A stretch of 63,664 nt of DNA, the filler included, from Salisapilia sapeloensis CBS 127946 (lineage: Eukaryota > Protista > Oomycota): the NCBI GenBank assembly GCA_023334545.1. It is 12 parts of 12 records of this genome, joined end to end, with 100 filler letters (N's around TTAATTAATTAA, not from the genome) between each part and the next. Parts side by side here need not be neighbours in the genome. Positions count along the whole stretch, not along the records: positions 44,849 to 60,871 come from JAADVB010000358.1; 11 more parts are not named here. One strand, given 5' to 3'. Shown piece after piece: positions 45,671-56,423 of this stretch. Made by a program: the position numbers and the translations under genes. The notes beneath the pieces were generated by a model, which was not told the DNA's origin, did no database searches, and was given only the letters and a program-made list of their open reading frames with translations. Position 1 is the stretch's first letter. The number at the start of each line of letters is the position of its first letter.

Positions 45671-46669
45671 TTAATGGACTTTGGTACACCGATTCGGCGC
45701 CCAGGCCTAAAGAAATGATAGTGTGCAGTAGCTAGGCTAAGTCATATTTTCCACAAATAATAACCGAAAATTCTTTTAAGTGTAGAATTGACCGACCTGA
45801 TCGCTCGCTAAGAGCCTGCGCAGTCGTTCTTCATCTTTATCTATACTTAGAATCTCTCTATTCTTTCCAATCTTTTCCATTTTGCTCTCTTGAGCAGCAT
45901 CGATTAAGCTTTTAAGCTGCATCGCTGATAGCGATGAGTTCTGCTTTTCAATCAAGCTCAATATTTCTTGCGTTTGATTTTTGTAGTGCAGTTCACGGCG
46001 AGTATGTAGTCGCTGTTTTGCTAATAAAGGGCCTTCCATTGCGGCTTGTTGGCTTCTCGTTATGCGAGCTTCATCATCTTTTCTTGCAGAGAGGAGAGCT
46101 TGCTTTGCTTCGAGTTTCGCTTTTTGGACGCGATCTTGGCATTGACGTGCCTACATGAAGATTATGCCATGAAAGCGAAATTCGTTGATAGGTTGAGTGC
46201 ATCTACCTTTAGAATAATTTCCTCAGGTGGCATATAGTGGGGTGCACACTAAGAAAAGATTTTCTTAATACATGCATCATCCCCAAGTCGTAATGGACGT
46301 AGAAAATCAAAATACGCGCTATTGGTAGGTTTGGCATACCTGTGGTGAACTGTCCATAGCGGAAGGTTTCTTCGTAGTTCGAACGTTACGTACAGGAGAA
46401 GCATGACCTGAAGAACCACTTATTGATGGGAATTTAGGAGGATAGTCGATTCGATTCATCAGATTTTGGAGTTGCTCGCTAGCTAGATTTTGACGACGAG
46501 ATTTGGCGTCTCGATGGCGAGCACCTGCGTACAAAAAATGAATCTCGAGTAGTGGAGCTTGCTGCAAATTGTGACTAGCAACGTACTTAGATGCGCCATT
46601 TCTTTGTCGACGTAGAGCTTGCTCAGACAATTAGAAACTTTGTTACCTCTCGTATCTATTTTTGTTCAT
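45671..46669 (-). CDS. Multi-exon hypothetical coiled-coil protein (boundaries approximate)
   Basis: MNKNRYE-SHNLQQAP..., CAPHYMPPEEIILK and ARQCQDRVQKAKLEAKQ...LLASDQ exons are bounded by GT-AG. No family recognised. Confidence 0.4.
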
Positions 46670-46752
46670 TCGAGTAGACTACATGGGCCACAAACGACAA
46701 AATGATCACAAAACTTGGATTGATGACTTTACCAATTCCTCAAATGTACAAA

Positions 46753-47753
46753 TTAAAAAAATCCTCGAAGGCTATGTCTAGCTTTCGATAATGCGTTGCC
46801 GTATTTCGTGTGCATCGTATTATGGTGGTGGAAATCGGTTACTCTATCTCTTTCGTCCATTTTCTTGCCTCTGTAGTCCACTTTCATCTGACTAGCAAAA
46901 CGATGCCTTGCACACATTTCAAAGTAGTCATTTCTCCGCTGGACGTCGAGGCCGGATTTAGCACCCTTTGCAACCAGACTTTCAGACCAAAGCTTTGACA
47001 GAGTAGATTTTTGACGAAGCTCCAAATTACCATGTCTAGGGTCAAGGCGCTCGTCCTGCTGTAGAATTGCATTTAACTGCTTGACATGCTTTCGACAAAG
47101 CTTTTGTGTGACGTGAAGCAGATCAGAAGCAAGTTCCTATCGACAAACATTCAATGTTTCGCCCCACTACAACTTACAGCATTCTCTGTGTAAGACAAGA
47201 CTTACCCTTCGTCGCTCATACAAAGGATCTAGTATGGGTCCATCACCATCCTTTTCTGCTATAGGTTCGGGACGAAGATTCAATTGCCGATTTGCACTCG
47301 ATGCAGTTGTATCCAGCCGGAATGCAGGTAAGGTTGTATAGGCAGTTGAGCATCTCGCGGATGATTGAAACTGGGCTCTTGACGCATACTTATCCACTTT
47401 TCTATCGGGATGTATGGGCTTGAAAACAGTGGCTGTGCTGTCCTTCTGACCCTGTAACATAAAAGATTAATCGATGGTCAATGTTGCGAAAAGATTGTAG
47501 AAAGGATTGCACAGTATTAAAGCACATAGGACAAAACTGTCAGTATGTCTACTCTTCTCACCTCGCACCTACGAGTCCTTGAACCAGTTTTAATCCTTTT
47601 TGTCGTTATGGGTCTATCCTTAGACACATATCGTCCAGGTGCTCTCCCTAAAGGAAAACCTTCATCCAGCCGATAATTGCCATTGACAGGATCTTCAATT
47701 ATATCTTCTGCTTGACATTCTACCTTTGTTGGTTTGTACTTCCTCGCTGACAT
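46753..47753 (-). CDS. Multi-exon hypothetical protein (boundaries approximate)
   Basis: Three consecutive minus-strand ORF segments (47517-47753, 47167-47460, 46753-47025) are separated by intron-sized GT-AG gaps. Confidence 0.4.
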
Positions 47754-48118
47754 GTAAGAATGTATATTCAGAGTATGCGGAAATCTAAGCGTGTCGCTTT
47801 GAAGACCATAAAGTTGGTATCAAGATCTTATGCAGCTAGGGCCAGATCGGACGCCAGTCGATTACTAGCTCTCGCGTTTGTATGGACTATTTTTAGCTTT
47901 GAATAAGGTTGTTCGCTACATTGCTTTACACATCACAGCAGTCATAGTCTCTGGTGAAGACAAGATTCAAAGCATTGTACTTTAGGTACTTATAACAAAT
48001 TTGTAGTAACGCATCGTCCCCACGACCTTACATGCATACTAAGTCTGGTCCCGGTCTACCAGTTTAAAGCAGAATTGGAAGACCTTACTTCTCTACTTCC
48101 TGAAACGTGGAACAAAGA

Positions 48119-49685
48119 ATGGCATTTCGCCCGTCAAAGGAGCCGCTAACAGTTGACACTGGTATGCGATATTCTCTAGCTCCGTCCAAAAAGTGCCATC
48201 GAATGGAGTGGTTTGAGGGTGGGAACGATCACACTAGAAGACCGCTTTCGCCCCTAAAGAAGCACATGCAGGAAGCATCCTTACTTAAGCAAGCATCGAG
48301 CAGACAAGTACTACCATCTAACGTCGACAACAAGTCTTTCACAAACAATGCGCCAAAGACGCAATGGTAACCTACAACTTTTATCTTCTCCGCATAGAGC
48401 CATCTTGAGGCATACTCATTGATGTAAAATTAGGGACTCAGCTATCGACGCAGCGCTGCTTTTGTTTGACCAAGGAGAAGATGTGATACTCGAAGCTTTA
48501 CCCATCTTGCAACTTCTTTCGGTAGTTCCATCCGAATACGATGAACTTAAACGTGAGTGTGTAAAAAGCTTAAAAGCTTTGCTAAAGCGAGCAATTCTTA
48601 GCTCTCAACAAGTGGGGTATATACCGGAAGATGTTGCAAGCGATGTAGCAACTGAAATTCTTTCTCCATCGGGCTTTCCACAAAATTATCCTTTGAGTAG
48701 TGAATCTGAAGGCGACAAGAGTGATCTACCGACTATAGCCCACTCAACAGCCTATATGAAGCCAGAAAGAGACAGCGGACGGCCGAAGAATACAAAGCGT
48801 ACTGCCAGTGATCGAGATTACATTCTCGCTTACGTAAATGAAATTCATGATCTGGAAGACCCCCCAGCACGGTTCGATTATGCTGAAACGTGTGCCTCTG
48901 CATCTGTAGATGGGAGTCAACAAAACCTTTGCCAATTCTTTCATTTGGAAAAGGAAATAACATTAAACGGTTTCGACGATGCTTCAGATGCAGACACGAC
49001 GTCCAAGAACTCTCATAAAAGAACAAATGGTCAAAAGTACAATTTCCATTTTACTCGACGCTCAAACATTTGGGACCATGAAAGCAGTCGAAGTCATTCG
49101 AAAGATAATGATAAAATAGTTGGAAACGAGACACTAGGAGAAAACGGATCAGAACTTAGTGACCTCTTATTTCGAGCCAATTCGGTTGACATGGATGCAG
49201 ATTATGCGACGGATGATAGCGAGTGTGAAGAGAGGTCGCTGTTCAATGAGTTTCAATTTGAAACAAAGCAATATGATGAAGAAGATAATGATGTACACAG
49301 CTTCACCTCCATCGCTTCGACAACCCAGAGTGAAGGCATTGAAGTACTAAATTCTATTCGGAATCGCATTCTTTGTCGCCAAGCGCTATACCAAATGCGT
49401 CGCCTGGTTCGTTTGAAACAAATGAGAGGCAAGTGGGAAAGTTTCTTGGTGAAAAGAGATGCGTTTACAGCATGGAAAGAAAAAACTGAGCGGTATTCAC
49501 CTCGTACGACGGAATATCGTCTAGTGGGGAAGAGTGATGATTTGTACGAAGACAGCAGTGCGCCTTCTCTTCAGAGAAATTACTACGCGCCATGGATCGT
49601 TCGTGTTCTTCTAGTAGCTCTCTCTTCCCACTCGGAAGTTTTCACGACAATAGCTCTCGCTTATATGTTGTGTATATGGTTTTGA
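48119..49685 (+). CDS. Hypothetical acidic/Ser-rich protein with C-terminal hydrophobic tail, 2 exons
   Basis: ORF 48119-48367 splices (GTAACC...TAG) in frame to DSAIDAALLLFDQGE.... The C-terminus is WIVRVLLVALSS...TIALAYMLCIWF. Confidence 0.55.
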
Positions 49686-50555
49686 TCGTACCGTTTGGTC
49701 AGCGGATGGATCAATGTAATGAGTACCAACACTGCTGACTGTATCCGAATTAAAATCACTTTGCATGTTTTCTCTTTGCACCTTACTTTTGTTCAATTTT
49801 TATGTAGATACTGTCCAAGCGAGGAATTACTTGCGGATTGAAATTGCAAGCAATGACCAGGAAGTCTGGTCGGCACTCTAGTAGTCGAGAAGAAAGAGGC
49901 GGTAACCAACGACGCCATTGTGCCTTTAAATTATTGACACAGAGATTTAAAGTCCTTCTACCTTCTCGCTCATCTTTCAAGCCCATAAGTGATAATTATA
50001 GCGGTAAGTTGTAGTCAACTTATAGACTCGTTCATTCTAAGAGATATCCTTTCTAGCGCTAGTTTTGGTAAAATCAGCCTTGATTTCCTAGTTACGAGGG
50101 AATTGAACTTCAAACGTTGAATGTTTGTCTGAAGGTACTATATCCATTGATCTTGTGCTTCTGCAATAGAGACGCGGTACCTGATTATAGAACATACGAT
50201 GCTGCGCACGTCGAAAGAGACAAAGTTGTAGAGTCCAAGTTGAGCATCGTAGGGATCAATACAAAAGATAATTTATACTCTTAGCTCAGGGACTATGCTA
50301 GCACGCACAAGCACTTTTCATTTAAAATTTAGGCTCAACGGACAAAAGATTGACGGACCTACGAAATAGTACTTTGGGAGAGATCCGAGGCACATAGTCT
50401 AAATGCATCTCTTGCAGATGAGATGATGTGATATCCAAGCTCAGTCTGTTTATAGTTTGACGACGCCATAAGGAATCGAGCAACGTAAATCTTTGTTGAA
50501 AAAGCGAAAACGGAAAGTATATCCATCCATCATAACTTGCTTATAGGGACTCTAT

Positions 50556-51438
50556 CTACTGATAACGACGGCGACTTTCAAACTTGCGGAAGCGTGCAAC
50601 AGCAGCGTCGTCACTAGACTGCTCTTTTCCAATCGTTCGGAAACCGATTTCTTTCTTTTCGTCCTTGTCAAGACTTTTTAATTGGCTGATGTACTCATTC
50701 CGATGTCTTTGGTAGTCGGCACTAAAGTTACTCGGTAGGGCAGAGCTATTGACAACCTTTTTGTCCTTATTCTTAACCTCCCGTTCCAATGCCTCTTGCG
50801 TTGCTTGCTCCGTACGCTGCTTGTATGTGTCTGGTAGCTCAACTTCAGCAATACCAGTGTTCAACATCAAGACACCTCCATCCCCACCTGTGTCATTATT
50901 TTCTTTGGATGTGCGATGGGTCGGTAGGTCGTAAAGCGCTGCTTCTTCATCTCGGGATGTGCGAGTGGATGAAGACGTCTCCTCCTTCTTTTGCTTTGGT
51001 CTAGACGTTTTTAAACGCTCTTCCACATATGCATTTCTATAGCATTTATCTATGAGTACAACCATATAAACCGCAGACTTGACAGCAATGCACGTACTTG
51101 AGCTTTTCGTACTGGTCATCTTGAGTGACATTCGACTGGCCTGTAAATTGGCCATCGAGTAGGTTCACCAGTTTCTTCGAAGCCGAACCTTGCTTCTTTG
51201 GATCATGAAGTCCATATTGGTTCGTATCTGCTTTACTAGTTGCCTCCGTGGATGCTGCTTTCTCCTTTTTAGTAAAATTGAGATGCTTGCGTAGCTTTTG
51301 ATCCTCCTTTACTTCATCCAGAATCTCTGCTACCGATCTATAATCCTCTGTATTCTCTGTCTCTTCGTTTGAGGCCCTTCGTACGCGCTTACGTGTCTTG
51401 AAAGTGCCATCCTCCGTCTTCCTCTTCTTACGAAACAT
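50556..51438 (-). CDS. C9orf78: C9orf78/Tls1-like splicing factor (Hep_59 family); exons 51438-51098 and 51036-50556
   Basis: LLDGQFTGQS, NAYVEERL, AALYDLP, NTGIAEVELP, LPSNFSADY and SSDDAAVARFRK. Joined by a 61-nt GT-AG intron. Confidence 0.82.
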
Positions 51439-52196
51439 TTTAGTGCTTTTCTTTTTCTTTTGTTGTTCTTTTCTTATTCTGGTGTTTTCATCCCGAATGG
51501 ACAGATGTATCTTGGATACGACCTCACGGGATCGCTGCGTTGCAAGGGAAGTTTTCTGTCAGTGATACTTTGACATAGAGATCGTTGGAGGAGAAGTGTC
51601 GGCTTCATTTTCAATCAGTCATCCTTCTTTCTCAGATTACTTTCTAGGTACTTGATAGGTTAGGCGGTAGTAGAATGGTCACGCCATATTGACATTGATT
51701 AACAACGTGCAGTACCGATTAACTAAAGCATTTTAGCGTCGAACCAAACACAAACGATCTAATCGATCCAATCTTTTGTTTACATGGTACATGGCGCATG
51801 CAAATAAGCTGAACCGAATGAATGATAGATCTAATATCTGCTTCTCGTCTCATATCTGGACTCATCGCGGGAAAAGATTGCAATGATGCTGTCCGGTTGA
51901 AGTGCCAAAGGATAGGGATGGATCTTTCGTGCTTTTCATGTGATATTCAAATTCAAGGTGTACACTGCGCACAATTTTAACAGCAGAGTTGTGTAGTGCG
52001 AAAATGTTTGGTGGTATATTTTATAATGTATGACTCGAACAAATGGATCTCGTTAAGGGCCATACTTTGATGTGGATTCGTTGGATCGCCAGTGTCGAGA
52101 CCGCGTCATGCTGGTTACACCAGTCCTGTCGACAGTCATTACCTCCGACGTATGCATGCACAGTGTCCATGAGTACCATTGCTAAAAGCCAACCGT

Positions 52197-52211
52197 TCAT
52201 TTGGAAATTTG
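52197..52211 (+). promoter_or_regulatory. Oomycete Inr + FPR core promoter motif
   Basis: TCATTTGGAAATTTG starts 52 nt upstream of ATG 52249. Confidence 0.45.
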
Positions 52212-52248
52212 CATCTTTCCTCTCAAGTATCCTCGGACCGTTCACACC

Positions 52249-52965
52249 ATGTTGATCCCCTTTCGCATGATTTGGAACCTCTCCACTGGCATTACGCGCC
52301 ATGCAATTGCCAAAAAGGCGAATAAATATACACCTGGAAGCTTTGTGTCCAAGCCGTCCATATTCAAAGGTCGAGCCTTCATAGGTGACTGCGACACACA
52401 AGGCCACTTCACGGAAGACGCGTACTTTCGATGCGTCGAGAACTCTCTTTGGTTTGCCCTAGGAGCCAACGGCACGGTGCCTATTTTACTGAAGAACGGA
52501 TGGTTCTTCGTTTTTGGTTCCCAATCCATTCGTCGTTTCAATGGAAACTTGACTGCTATGCAACCCTATGAGGTGCACAGCACGATGTCGTATTGGGATG
52601 ATGACAAGTGGTTCTATCTCGAATCTCAAGTCAAGTGTCCAGACACTGGCAAGGTCTATGCCGAATGTATCAACAAAGCGATCATGCGCAAAGGCCGAGA
52701 ACGTCTGGACGCTAGATTGCTCGTCAAGGCGCTTGGCATGGAAGGCTATCCGGATCCCGAGATGTCCGACTCCATCCGCACGTACATTGCGTGGGAAAAC
52801 GAAATTGCCTTGAGCATGAGCAGGAAGAGAGAGGCTGTAGAGCAGCTACTTGCGGCTAAGAAAAAGTCAAAGTCGTCCTCGATGCCGGAACTACCTGCCT
52901 TCGACTCGTGGTTACCACGACCGCGTCGAGGTCAAAGTGGAGTTCCTAGCAGCATTGCAAACTAA
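52249..52965 (+). CDS. Hotdog-fold thioesterase-like protein (THEM6/4HBT_2-like)
   Basis: GRAFIGDCDTQGHF...AYF, GSQSIRRF, PYEVHSTMSYWDDDKWFYLE. Start taken as ATG 52249. Confidence 0.72.
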   Translation: MLIPFRMIWNLSTGITRHAIAKKANKYTPGSFVSKPSIFKGRAFIGDCDTQGHFTEDAYFRCVENSLWFALGANGTVPILLKNGWFFVFGSQSIRRFNGNLTAMQPYEVHSTMSYWDDDKWFYLESQVKCPDTGKVYAECINKAIMRKGRERLDARLLVKALGMEGYPDPEMSDSIRTYIAWENEIALSMSRKREAVEQLLAAKKKSKSSSMPELPAFDSWLPRPRRGQSGVPSSIAN

Positions 52966-53183
52966 GTTACGACACGACCAAAGGTGGCGACATAGTTTAA
53001 GGAGCGAAAGTCGATATGGTAGAAGAGAGACTGTCGTGGGCGTAGGTAGCATTTGTGCCAATCGAGGAATAGATCACTATCGCCAATCGAAATGTATAAT
53101 TTGAGCTTGATATTTGTACCATTCAAGTTTCTTGGAGGCTGGTAGAGATAGCGAAGAGTCACAATCTTTTTGAGCGTATCAGC

Positions 53184-54680
53184 ATGATCGAGTCAAGCGT
53201 GACGCCTCTCCCAAATCTCCATATTCAATCAAAAGATACAGAATCTCAATCTACTCGAGTGAAAGTAAATGACTGCGGTCTCCACTCCTTTCGTAGTGCC
53301 CCAAGTCTGGGAACGAAAGACTGTAGTCAAGAATGCGATATGAACGATGGAGTTAGTCACGGCACGAATGACTCGACACCTTCCGCGTTCTCATTTATCA
53401 ACTCGGATGATGATTTGGAGGACGACGAAACGAGGCGCTCTTCCATGACAGAGGACAACAATGTCTCTGATACTTACAATTCATCCCAAGAAGCTATCGT
53501 GCTCCAGCAAGAGCTTGCGCATGAGCGAGACACGGTTCGATTGACAGCGCAAATGGGAAAGGTACTCTTGTCTCAACTCCAGGCAGCCCAAGATGAGCTG
53601 TTTGCCGAGAAACAAAGGCTTCGAGCAGCTCAAAGCGAAAATCGTCACTTGCAGAGTGTCTGCATCGACCTCCAAGCGTCTGCACGGAGCAATCAAGCTA
53701 ACACTGATGACGCATCTAGCTTCGCGACGTTGTCCAGCGATAAGCACACGTGCCATCGCTGTAAGAGCAGGGACAACGTGATACAAGATCTGGAGGTATC
53801 CAACCAGCAGTTGCATGAAACATGTAGTAACCTGGAGCACGAAGTTGCTCAGGCGAAAGCGAACGTATATACGCTGAGCGAATGGAAAAACTATTCGGAG
53901 AGGCTACTTGCCAGCTATCGTGACAGCAATACGATGCTGACGATGGAGATAGCACAGCTTCAGACGCAGCTCCGTGCTGCAGAGGGCAACGCAGCAAAAT
54001 CTGAAGAAGAGAAGCAAGAGCTATTGCGCAGGCTCGAGGAACTGGATGCTCAAGTGCAAGCTTCTCAGAACCGAGTGTTGGAAGTGGAGACGGTCTTGCA
54101 CCAAAATCGGACGGAACGAAAGAATTTAAAACTTGAAGTACAGATGTTCAAGCATCGACTACATGAGATGCAGGTCGAGAAACAGGCTCTACGATCATCC
54201 CTTCGTCAGAAAGAGGCACAAGTGGTGCAAGAGGCGGATCATACAAAGTGTCGGGAGGAAATCGTACATCTCACGAAGCAAGTGAAAGATGTCGAATTCC
54301 TCTTTGAAAGTTCCACCAAGCAAGTCCGGACGTTAAAGGCAGAGAACCAAAAGCTCCGAACGCACGGTACGAGGACGCAACAAAAGGATGACAGTGCACA
54401 AACGACATTAGGAGGAGTAACTACCGAAGATGTCAAGCAAGACACGTTGACCGCATGTGAACAACTGACGACGTGTGCAGACGTGTTGGCGGAAGATGAC
54501 CGGCAAAACAAAGAAAAGAACATGGAAACGGAAGAAAGTTTCCGACTTGTCGAGAAGAATGCAAAGGAGAAACCGCAGCGGATGTCTAATCATCTCCACG
54601 TAGGTGTCGGTGTCTCCCTCGTGCTTTGCGCTTCGATTGGCAAGTATATTGCAACTTACTATCGAGAAAAGTATAAATGA
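53184..54680 (+). CDS. Long coiled-coil protein with CC1-box-like motif and C-terminal membrane anchor
   Basis: 498-aa ORF containing heptad-rich central ~300 aa, RLTAQMGKVLL, and terminal HLHVGVGVSLVLCASIGKYIATYY followed by basic residues. Confidence 0.75.
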   Translation: MIESSVTPLPNLHIQSKDTESQSTRVKVNDCGLHSFRSAPSLGTKDCSQECDMNDGVSHGTNDSTPSAFSFINSDDDLEDDETRRSSMTEDNNVSDTYNSSQEAIVLQQELAHERDTVRLTAQMGKVLLSQLQAAQDELFAEKQRLRAAQSENRHLQSVCIDLQASARSNQANTDDASSFATLSSDKHTCHRCKSRDNVIQDLEVSNQQLHETCSNLEHEVAQAKANVYTLSEWKNYSERLLASYRDSNTMLTMEIAQLQTQLRAAEGNAAKSEEEKQELLRRLEELDAQVQASQNRVLEVETVLHQNRTERKNLKLEVQMFKHRLHEMQVEKQALRSSLRQKEAQVVQEADHTKCREEIVHLTKQVKDVEFLFESSTKQVRTLKAENQKLRTHGTRTQQKDDSAQTTLGGVTTEDVKQDTLTACEQLTTCADVLAEDDRQNKEKNMETEESFRLVEKNAKEKPQRMSNHLHVGVGVSLVLCASIGKYIATYYREKYK

Positions 54681-55220
54681 ATGAATGGAAATATGTCTTA
54701 AGCAGTATGTAAACACACTTGGTTTTGTCTCAATGCACGTAGGAGTTTGTAGTACCCAAGTTCGAATTCAATCTTATTCCAGTGTCCAGCGATATTGGCT
54801 GAGAGCAAAGTTTCTACCTACAAATATTCCCGGTCACCCATGCTTTCTCTGGATACTCAAAAAAGAAATGAAACTTTTAAAATCCACCAAGACTCTGCCA
54901 CTGGTTTAGAGAAAACTGCACTCGAAATACTGCAGTTTCGCCATTAAACGAAGCACTTCCATTCAACCATCGACCTTTCCATACACACGACAGCCCTTTC
55001 GATACCTGATAGCTACGGACCGGAGCACACGCACAACTAATTAGCTACCACATAGTGCGACAGCCATCTGACGACGATCAATTCGAGACAACTCGACTTT
55101 TTGCCCAATCGTGTCTCGTCAAAACATATACCAACCAATCACAGCGTCCGTCCGATCTGATTACCAACGCAGTGCTATCGGCCGACACTTTTTTCTTACT
55201 ACAATCGAAGGGCACCGAGG

Positions 55221-56423
55221 ATGGAGCGCTATGCCGCAGCTCGCAATTCTCGCTCAAGAGAGCACTCAGTTAATACATTATCAGCATCGGCACACACGCC
55301 ACTCCAAGCGTACCGCGACACAAAATCGAACATGGCTCCACAGCTCAGCCAGTCCATGCGCGTCGCGTCCGCCGATGAAGAGGCTCCGATCATGGAGTCA
55401 GAGGCTTTTGACAACTTCGACCGTACCAGTGTTTCCAGTCGAACGAGTCTACTAGCCTTCCCAGCTTCGCGACTCAAACATCCTCCGCCAACAGGCTTCA
55501 AACCACCCACGAACGCCGCCTTCTCCGTCTATGACAGCGTTCGTCGGTCCAATCGCTTTCAACCGAGATATTCCTCCCATCCGCGTCTGTCGGAAGATGG
55601 TAGTCCGACAAGCACAATTAGCAGTATAGACTTGATGGAATATGGGAATACTCCCGTTTCTCGTGACTCGGACCCTGAATTAGACATTTCTCGAGAACGC
55701 GACTCCACCGTGATCATGCCTCTATCCCACCGGAGCTCTCGTGGGCTTTCGAATCAGACGAGCCTTGATAATAGTAATCAGGAAGAGGGACGGTCTCGGA
55801 CTCGGACCTTGAACAATAGCGAACTGCCCATGCTAGAGATGGAACGCGAGAGCTCTCATTACAAGGACGTGGATGCCATCAAGTGCGACCCAGGTCGATT
55901 GACAAAGACGACGAATATCGTCGATGAAGACGGTCTGTTGATGACGAGGGAGAGTCTGATGATGAACGTCGAGCAGTTAGATCGCGGGAGTGTCGTTAAA
56001 GAAGGACTTCTATTTAAGCAGGGCATTGGCCTCATGCATGGTGGGTGGAAGGTCCGGTACGTGAAACTCACGGCTGATGCCATGACATTTTATAAGGAGC
56101 AAAACGGACGCAAGCGAGGAGAGATTAAACTGTCTAACTGTGCGAGCGAAAAGCCGGTGGAAGCTATGCCTAGGGACTCGGTCTTTGACGGCGCGAACGC
56201 GACCATGTGGAGATTCGCGTTGCGAGGGAAGAAGAACCGCAGGATCGTGTTTGCAGCGTATACGGAAGGAGAGATGAAGGAATGGCTACGATGCTTGCAC
56301 GTAGCGCTGACCATCCAGAGAGGTGGACAAGGGCGATACACGGACGTCTATATACCAAGCGGTACGTTCTTGGCAGACAAATCAGATGGGCAGATGCGAT
56401 CGTCTGGAGGCTATGGTCGGTAG
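55221..56423 (+). CDS. PH-domain protein with long disordered Ser/Arg-rich N-terminus
   Basis: VVKEGLLFKQG...WKVRYVKL...RGEIKL...FAAYTEGEMKEWLRCL. Confidence 0.88.
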   Translation: MERYAAARNSRSREHSVNTLSASAHTPLQAYRDTKSNMAPQLSQSMRVASADEEAPIMESEAFDNFDRTSVSSRTSLLAFPASRLKHPPPTGFKPPTNAAFSVYDSVRRSNRFQPRYSSHPRLSEDGSPTSTISSIDLMEYGNTPVSRDSDPELDISRERDSTVIMPLSHRSSRGLSNQTSLDNSNQEEGRSRTRTLNNSELPMLEMERESSHYKDVDAIKCDPGRLTKTTNIVDEDGLLMTRESLMMNVEQLDRGSVVKEGLLFKQGIGLMHGGWKVRYVKLTADAMTFYKEQNGRKRGEIKLSNCASEKPVEAMPRDSVFDGANATMWRFALRGKKNRRIVFAAYTEGEMKEWLRCLHVALTIQRGGQGRYTDVYIPSGTFLADKSDGQMRSSGGYGR

